A stretch of DNA of 64,000 bases from positions 4,069-68,068 of the forward strand of contig CAZSNM010000005.1 of assembly GCA_964608455.1 (NCBI GenBank), in the 5' to 3' direction. The number at the start of each line of letters is the position of its first letter. Within the stretch, counting starts at the first letter, position 1. The notes under the pieces are model-generated. The model ran no database searches. It was not told the DNA's origin and saw only the letters and a program-made list of their open reading frames with translations. Position numbers and translations under genes: made by a program. Shown piece by piece: positions 59,063 through 64,000 of this stretch. The stretch comes from an uncultured Candidatus Bathyarchaeia archaeon (GTDB taxonomy: Archaea; Thermoproteota; Bathyarchaeia; 40CM-2-53-6; DTDX01).

Positions 59063-59913
59063 TTAAAAAGAAATATTTCTTCCTCATAACGTCTTCCTTC
59101 AAAAAGTGATCCAGGAGGAATTCTTTCAATTTCCCTTTTAGATAAAAACTCTGTTAAAAGCTTGTTAGCTTCCTCAAGCGATATTGATTCATCTTTAAGC
59201 CATTTTAATGGCACATTAATTTCCATTGGTCTAGCTGGAATAACATGCCTAGTGACTTTATGGGGAAAAACTAAACCTTTTAAAGCAAAATTTATTACAT
59301 CTTCTTTAGTTACTGGTGGAGTGGCCATAACCATATCTACAGCCTTATTTAAAAGCTTTTTTTCAGCATCAAATTCAGTTTCATAACTTACTTTTTTACC
59401 AGCTTCAACAAGTTTACTTTCAATTAACTTAACAATTTCATAAGCTTTCTTTAAGTTTTCTTGCCATTTAATTGAAAAACATTTTTCTCGAGTTAAAAAA
59501 GAGGTTGAGGCCTCTCTATTAAATAAAGCTTTTTTAGCAGCTTCAAAATTTAACTCAATTAATTCAAGGTTAAGCTGTAAAGCTTTTTTTTGAAGTGTTT
59601 TAATTAAATTTTCTCCATTAAAAGTTCTATACCATACACCAACTTTTATAGATGGATTAGAATAATCAAGCAGGCAAACAAGCATTCTAAGGCAACCTGC
59701 TTTTTTAGCTGCTTCAACTCTATGCATCCCATCTAAAACTACAAGCGAACTTTTATCTACAATAACTGGATTTTTAATTATTTTTTCTTGAATCATAGAA
59801 GATGCTATTTCATCTACAAGATTTGGAATAGTTTCTTCATGTAAAAAAAGTTTATTTATATCCATTAAAGCTATTTCAAATTCAAGATTTTTTGAGAAAA
59901 TTTTAAAACTCAA
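59059..59913 (-). CDS. ParB/sulfiredoxin-like domain protein
   Basis: N-terminal VVLDGMHRVEAAKKAGC matches the ParB/Srx DGxHR motif; 284 aa; stop/start overlaps with both neighbours. Confidence 0.5.
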   Translation of the reverse strand: MSFKIFSKNLEFEIALMDINKLFLHEETIPNLVDEIASSMIQEKIIKNPVIVDKSSLVVLDGMHRVEAAKKAGCLRMLVCLLDYSNPSIKVGVWYRTFNGENLIKTLQKKALQLNLELIELNFEAAKKALFNREASTSFLTREKCFSIKWQENLKKAYEIVKLIESKLVEAGKKVSYETEFDAEKKLLNKAVDMVMATPPVTKEDVINFALKGLVFPHKVTRHVIPARPMEINVPLKWLKDESISLEEANKLLTEFLSKREIERIPPGSLFEGRRYEEEIFLFK

Positions 59914-60323
59914 TTTTTTTCACCTTTAATAAAACTAAATCTTTTTAAAGCTTCTTTAACTATAGCTGAAGAGGCTTCAAGAGTTTTTTCAGCTAAAACA
60001 AGAATTTTATCTTTTCCAGCAGTAAATTGAGGGTCAACCGTTTTTTTAACTAAAATATTTATTTTTTCCATTAACCTAATTAAGGGTTCTTTTTTTAAGC
60101 CTTTAACTAAAGCTTCTTCAAAAATATATTCCATTATATTGGGATCGCCAAAAGCATATTGAATAGCTAATTGAGCTTTTCTCATTGAAATAGCTGAAAG
60201 CTCTTTTATAAGCTCTATAGAATCGCATTCCTTAGCTAAAGAAAGGTCAGCTTCAGCTTCCCTTAAATATCTTAAAGCCCAACTTTTCATAAATTCATCT
60301 AAAATTGAAAATTCAAAAGGCAA
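59910..60323 (-). CDS. HEPN-like helical domain protein (tentative)
   Basis: 137 aa all-alpha; LREAEADLSLA...RKAQLAIQYAF resembles HEPN helices; the Rx4-6H motif is not clear. Confidence 0.3.
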   Translation of the reverse strand: MPFEFSILDEFMKSWALRYLREAEADLSLAKECDSIELIKELSAISMRKAQLAIQYAFGDPNIMEYIFEEALVKGLKKEPLIRLMEKINILVKKTVDPQFTAGKDKILVLAEKTLEASSAIVKEALKRFSFIKGEKN

Positions 60324-60370
60324 CTTACATTTTTCACCCTATCTATTAAACTCTAGAATTTAATATTATT

Positions 60371-60619
60371 TTAATCTGGTGCAGGTGCAGATGTTGAAGC
60401 GATTAAACCAGCTTTTCTTTTTTCCTCAATCTTTTTTAAGTTTGATATATAACCTGCAATTCTATTTCTTAATTTTTTACCATAAACCTCCAAAAGTTGA
60501 TTTACAACTTTTTTATTTTCCTCAAAATTTGTTGTAAACATGTTTGGATAAGCCGCTAATAACTCTTTAGCGGTTTTTTTAATTATACGTGTTCTAACTT
60601 TACCCAATTTTTTAATCAC
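60371..60619 (-). CDS. rps17e: 30S ribosomal protein S17e
   Basis: KVRTRIIKKTAKELLAAYPNMFTTNFEENKKVV...KKLRNRIAGYI is the eS17 signature. Confidence 0.8.
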   Translation of the reverse strand: MIKKLGKVRTRIIKKTAKELLAAYPNMFTTNFEENKKVVNQLLEVYGKKLRNRIAGYISNLKKIEEKRKAGLIASTSAPAPD

Positions 60620-60794
60620 CAGTTAATGCTTTTGAATTGTTTAACTTTGGCATCTTCTCTATTTTAAGTTTTTTCTTTTTTATTTATTTTCTTGTTAATT
60701 TTTCATGTTTTAAATTAAATTTTAGCTTGAAAGGCTTAAAGATAAATTTTTAAGCTTCATTTTATTGTTAAAACTAAAATATTAGGGAGATTTT

Positions 60795-61016
60795 ATGGAG
60801 AAAAAAGAAATTTCAACAGCAGCTATTCATCGATTGCTTTTAAAGGGAGGTGCTGCTAGAGTAGGTGATGATGCAATTGAAGAATTAAGAAAAATTCTTG
60901 AGGATTTAGCGGTTAAAATAGGAAGAGGCGCTTGGGAAGTAGCTGTTTATGGAAAAAGAAAAACAGTTAAAGCTGGAGATGTTAAATTAGCAGCTAAAAG
61001 ATTTATTAAGGAGTAG
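60795..61016 (+). CDS. archaeal histone (HMf family)
   Basis: 73-aa histone fold; AIHRLLLKGGAARVGDDAIEELRKILEDLAVKIGRGAWEVAVYGKRKTVKAGDVKLAAKRF. Confidence 0.8.
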   Translation: MEKKEISTAAIHRLLLKGGAARVGDDAIEELRKILEDLAVKIGRGAWEVAVYGKRKTVKAGDVKLAAKRFIKE

Positions 61017-61134
61017 TAACAATAAATTTTTAAAGGAACCACCTATAAATAAGCTTTAATGAAAATAATAATTTAAGGATAGGTTTAATGCTATTTAAAT
61101 TAAAAAAAGTTAATTTTATAGTTTTTGGAGGTGA

Positions 61135-62778
61135 ATGATGAAGATGGCTTATCTTGCTGGTCAACCGATTTTAATACTTAAGGAAGGGACTAGCAGAAGG
61201 AAAGGTAGAGATGCTCAAAAAGCAAATATTACTGCTGCTAGAATTATCGCTGAAACTGTAAAAACAACGCTTGGCCCTAGAGGAATGGATAAAATGCTTG
61301 TTGACAGCCTTGGTGATGTTACTATTACTAATGATGGGGCTACTATTCTTGATGAGATTGATGTTCAACATCCAGCAGCTAAAATGATGGTTGAAGTAGC
61401 TAAAACACAAGATGATGAAGTAGGAGATGGAACAACAACCGCCGTAGTATTAGCTGGAGAACTCCTTACTAAAGCTGAGGAGCTTATTGATAAAGATGTT
61501 CATCCAACTGTAATCGTTGATGGTTATAGAGCCGCTTCTGAAGAAGCTCTTAAAGCTCTTGAAGAAATAGCTATTAAAGTGGAACCAAGTGATAAAGAAT
61601 TTTTAAAGAAAGTTGCTAAAGTAGCTGTAGCTAGTAAACTGCTTTCAGAATATAAAGATTATATAGCGGATTTAACTGTTGATGCTATTCTTCAGGTGGC
61701 TGAAAAAACTCTGGAAGGTTATAAAGTTGATATTGACGATGTGAAAGTTGAAAAAAAAGCTGGAGAATCCCTAATGGATACAAAGCTAGTTAAAGGAGTT
61801 GTACTTGATAAGGAAGTTGTTCATCCAGGCATGCCTAAAAGAATAGAAAACGCTAAAATAGCTTTGCTTGATGCACCATTAGAAATAGAGAAAACAGAAA
61901 TAAGCGCCGAAATAAGAATTAGAGATCCAGCTCAAATGAAGGCTTTCCTAGATGAAGAAACAAGAATGATGAAGGAAATGGTTGAGAAAATCGCCAAAAC
62001 AGGAGCTAATGTTGCTCTTTGCCAAAAAGGAATCGATGATATGGCTCAGCATTTCCTAGCTAAAAAAGGAATAATGGCTGTTAGAAGAATAAAGAAGTCA
62101 GATATGGAGAAATTAGCTAGAGCAACAGGTGGAAAAATCGTTACAAACCTAGATGACCTTAAACCATCAGATTTGGGAGAATGCAAACTAGCTGAAGAAA
62201 GAAAGATTGGAGATGATAAAATGGTTTTCATCGAGGGATGCAAAGATCCTAAATCTGTAGCAATATTAATTAGAGCGGGATTAGAAAGACTTGTGGATGA
62301 AGCTGAAAGATCATTAACTGATGCCTTATCAGTAATAGCAGATGTTTATGAGAAAAATAGAATTGTTGCTGGAGGAGGAGCTGTTGAGGCTGAATTAGCT
62401 AAAAGACTAAAAGAATATGCTGCTAAGGTTGGTGGTAGAAAACAATTAGCTATAGAAGCATTTGCTAAATCATTGGAAATTATTCCAAAGGCTTTAGCTG
62501 AAAATTCAGGTTTAGACCCTGTAGACATAATGGTTTCGCTTAGAGCAGCTCATGAATCCCCTGATGGAAAATGGATGGGAGTTGATGTTTACACAGGTAA
62601 AATAGAGGATATGATGAAGAAAGGCGTAATAGAACCTGTTAAAGTTAAAGAGCAAGCTATTAAATCTGCTGTTGAAGCAGCCGCTATGATTCTTAGAATC
62701 GATGATGTTATAGCTGCAGCTAAACCACCGCCAACTCCATCCAAGAAAGGTGAAAAAGGAGCATCTGAAGAAGAATAG
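61135..62778 (+). CDS. ths: thermosome subunit (second paralog)
   Basis: 547 aa group II chaperonin; C-terminal Gly/Pro-rich tail. Confidence 0.95.
   Translation: MMKMAYLAGQPILILKEGTSRRKGRDAQKANITAARIIAETVKTTLGPRGMDKMLVDSLGDVTITNDGATILDEIDVQHPAAKMMVEVAKTQDDEVGDGTTTAVVLAGELLTKAEELIDKDVHPTVIVDGYRAASEEALKALEEIAIKVEPSDKEFLKKVAKVAVASKLLSEYKDYIADLTVDAILQVAEKTLEGYKVDIDDVKVEKKAGESLMDTKLVKGVVLDKEVVHPGMPKRIENAKIALLDAPLEIEKTEISAEIRIRDPAQMKAFLDEETRMMKEMVEKIAKTGANVALCQKGIDDMAQHFLAKKGIMAVRRIKKSDMEKLARATGGKIVTNLDDLKPSDLGECKLAEERKIGDDKMVFIEGCKDPKSVAILIRAGLERLVDEAERSLTDALSVIADVYEKNRIVAGGGAVEAELAKRLKEYAAKVGGRKQLAIEAFAKSLEIIPKALAENSGLDPVDIMVSLRAAHESPDGKWMGVDVYTGKIEDMMKKGVIEPVKVKEQAIKSAVEAAAMILRIDDVIAAAKPPPTPSKKGEKGASEEE
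61282..61869. repeat. 588-bp inverted copy of the 16641-17228 tract (thermosome gene-conversion segment)
   Basis: Identical nucleotides apart from one mismatch, compared by eye. Confidence 0.85.
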
Positions 62779-62786
62779 CAAAAAAC

Positions 62787-62795
62787 CTTTTTAAA
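62787..62795 (+). promoter_or_regulatory. TATA-box-like element upstream of tRNA-Glu
   Basis: CTTTTTAAA ~26-34 nt upstream of the tRNA 5' end. Confidence 0.3.
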
Positions 62796-62820
62796 CCGGC
62801 TTTTTCTATTTTATTTTCGG

Positions 62821-62964
62821 GCTCCGGTAGTATAGCCCGGTTAAGCAAGCCGAAAGTATGGCGGGCTCTCGCTCTAAACAGTTTAGAGGAGAGACCCGTC
62901 GACGCGGGTTCAAAAGCAAGGAAAAAGATTTTTATCCTTGCTGAAAATCCCGCCCGGAGCACCA
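62821..62964 (+). tRNA. tRNA-Glu (CTC) with three putative introns, CCA encoded
   Basis: Acceptor GCTCCGG/CCGGAGC + A + CCA (Glu-like). Proposed exons 62821-62847, 62861-62871, 62894-62913 and 62947-62964 sum to 76 nt. Proposed introns: 13 nt at 26/27 (62848-62860), 22 nt at 37/38 (62872-62893, in a long bulged hairpin) and 33 nt in the T-loop (62914-62946, hairpin AGCAAGG...CCTTGCT). The D-stem pairing is weak. Confidence 0.5.
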
Positions 62965-62995
62965 TTCTTTTAATAAATAAGAAAAGGCGTTTAAA

Positions 62996-63667
62996 ATGCT
63001 TGAAATAAATGAAAAAATAACATCGCTTTTAGATGAAGTTAAATTTAAAACAGGAAAGAAACTTTCTTTAATTCCAAGAAGCAATTTACCGGTTAGGGCG
63101 TCTATAATAGAAGATAATCGAAAGAAAATAGCGATTCAATATTCTCCAGAAAAATGTGAGGCTGGAGATTTAGCTTATGAACTTCTTAGAGCAATACAAT
63201 TAAATAGTCAAGAATGGATTCATGAAACTTCCCTTAATATAAGAGAAGAAAATGAAATTGTAAAATGGATTAAAACATTGGTATATACACCTTGGATTAT
63301 GCTTGAATTAAAACGAAGAGGATTAAATTCTAATGGAATAATTCTTGATAATTTTGAAGTTAACTTAGAATATTTAAGAGAAGAGGATCCGCCTTATTGC
63401 CATATAGAAAATCCAAACCTTAGATTAATTTTCTCTATAGTGAACTATGCATTTTATCTTTTAACTAAAAATGAGATTAATTATGGTGAAAAAGGCATAA
63501 TTTATGAAAAGCTTTATAAAATGAAGGATCCTAAAGCCTTGGAACTTGGAGAGAAAACTGTGGAAATAATAAAGCGCAACAAATGTTTAACACCTAAAGA
63601 AGCTGCAAATGCATTAAAAGATGTTTTCTTTATGCTAAAGCTAGAAATAAAAGACTTAAAAGTTTAG
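62996..63667 (+). CDS. hypothetical protein
   Basis: 223 aa ORF between two tRNA genes; no recognised motif. Confidence 0.4.
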   Translation: MLEINEKITSLLDEVKFKTGKKLSLIPRSNLPVRASIIEDNRKKIAIQYSPEKCEAGDLAYELLRAIQLNSQEWIHETSLNIREENEIVKWIKTLVYTPWIMLELKRRGLNSNGIILDNFEVNLEYLREEDPPYCHIENPNLRLIFSIVNYAFYLLTKNEINYGEKGIIYEKLYKMKDPKALELGEKTVEIIKRNKCLTPKEAANALKDVFFMLKLEIKDLKV

Positions 63668-63692
63668 GGTAAGAATTTAATTTTATAGTTTA

Positions 63693-63796
63693 GCGGGGGT
63701 TGCCAAGCCAGGTCAAAGGCGCAGGGCTTAGGATGAATATATACATAGGAGACCCTGTCCCGTAGGGGTTCGTGGGTTCAAATCCCACCCCCCGCA
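63693..63796 (+). tRNA. tRNA-Leu (TAG) with a 19-nt canonical intron
   Basis: Acceptor GCGGGGG/CCCCCGC, discriminator A, no encoded CCA. 3-bp D-stem GCC/GGC. Anticodon stem CAGGG/CCCTG with loop CTTAGG|intron 63733-63751|A. Long variable arm (CCCGTAGGGG). T-arm GTGGG TTCAAAT CCCAC. Confidence 0.75.
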
Positions 63797-64000
63797 CTAA
63801 TATTCTTTATTAGCATTTTTCATGAAGGTTAAAAAAGATAAAAGGCTTTTAGATATAGGTATTTTATATTGAGCTTTTTTCTTGCCTTAAGTCCAAATTT
63901 ATTTAATTATTTGCTAACATTTTTTATGGCAGAACCACCAGTCGTAGCATTCAAATTCGCCTGCTTTTGCTTTTTCAAGCCTTTCTTTCATTGTTTTCAC

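Noticed and set aside
62821-62964. Alternative reading of the 144-nt locus as a non-tRNA ncRNA (e.g. SRP/RNase P fragment) or a pseudo-tRNA
   Set aside because: Too short for those RNAs. The acceptor/T-arm/CCA architecture and a clean 76-nt exon sum favour an intron-containing tRNA. The weak D-stem keeps confidence moderate.
62512-62965. Minus-strand ORFs 62512-62781 and 62720-62965 overlapping the thermosome 3' end and the tRNA-Glu locus
   Set aside because: Overlap a well-supported CDS and a tRNA-like structure on the other strand; low-complexity.
1-64000. CRISPR arrays, IS elements, integrases/transposases
   Set aside because: Scanned for short regularly spaced direct repeats and for transposase/integrase-like ORFs; none seen. 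The only long repeat is the thermosome gene-conversion tract.

Overview
AT-rich archaeal chromosomal segment, roughly 70 predicted genes and densely coding on both strands. The most probable source is a TACK-type (Bathyarchaeia-like) or related anaerobic archaeon. This guess rests on the archaeal information-processing genes present (two thermosome paralogs, RpoK, an archaeal histone, eS30, eL38, eS17, TiaS, and initiator, Glu and Leu tRNAs carrying archaeal-style introns) together with a complete CO dehydrogenase/acetyl-CoA synthase (ACDS, cdhABCDE) operon.

Metabolic and housekeeping content: the ACDS operon with cooC and a previously unannotated cooT-like gene; AMP-forming acetyl-CoA synthetase; archaeal cofactor-independent phosphoglycerate mutase; an HMG-CoA synthase fused to a DUF35 domain; membrane and secreted proteases (rhomboid, S2P, HtpX, an A24 prepilin peptidase); and four dispersed stand-alone Lrp/AsnC RAM-domain proteins.

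Candidate novel loci, in order of interest:
(1) a translationally coupled five-gene operon at 18216-22257: three tandem paralogous ~160-aa wHTH proteins, a NurA-like nuclease and a HAS-barrel HerA-like ATPase, with no Mre11/Rad50;
(2) three consecutive, different radical-SAM enzymes (PflA/AmrS-like, SPASM-type, B12-binding-like) convergent with a GT1 glycosyltransferase at 9683-15184;
(3) a 914-aa protein with two AAA+ modules fused to a Lon S16 protease domain, followed by a small membrane protein;
(4) a second, N-terminally extended acetyl-CoA synthase (CdhC) paralog directly upstream of cdhA;
(5) a HEPN / ParB-Srx-like / MoaD-GG three-gene operon.

Other notable features: a 588-bp, nearly identical inverted gene-conversion tract shared by the two thermosome genes 44 kb apart; a tRNA-Glu apparently interrupted by three introns; and a large PEF-CTERM-like surface protein built from repeated beta-sandwich modules. 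No CRISPR arrays, IS elements or integrases were recognised.
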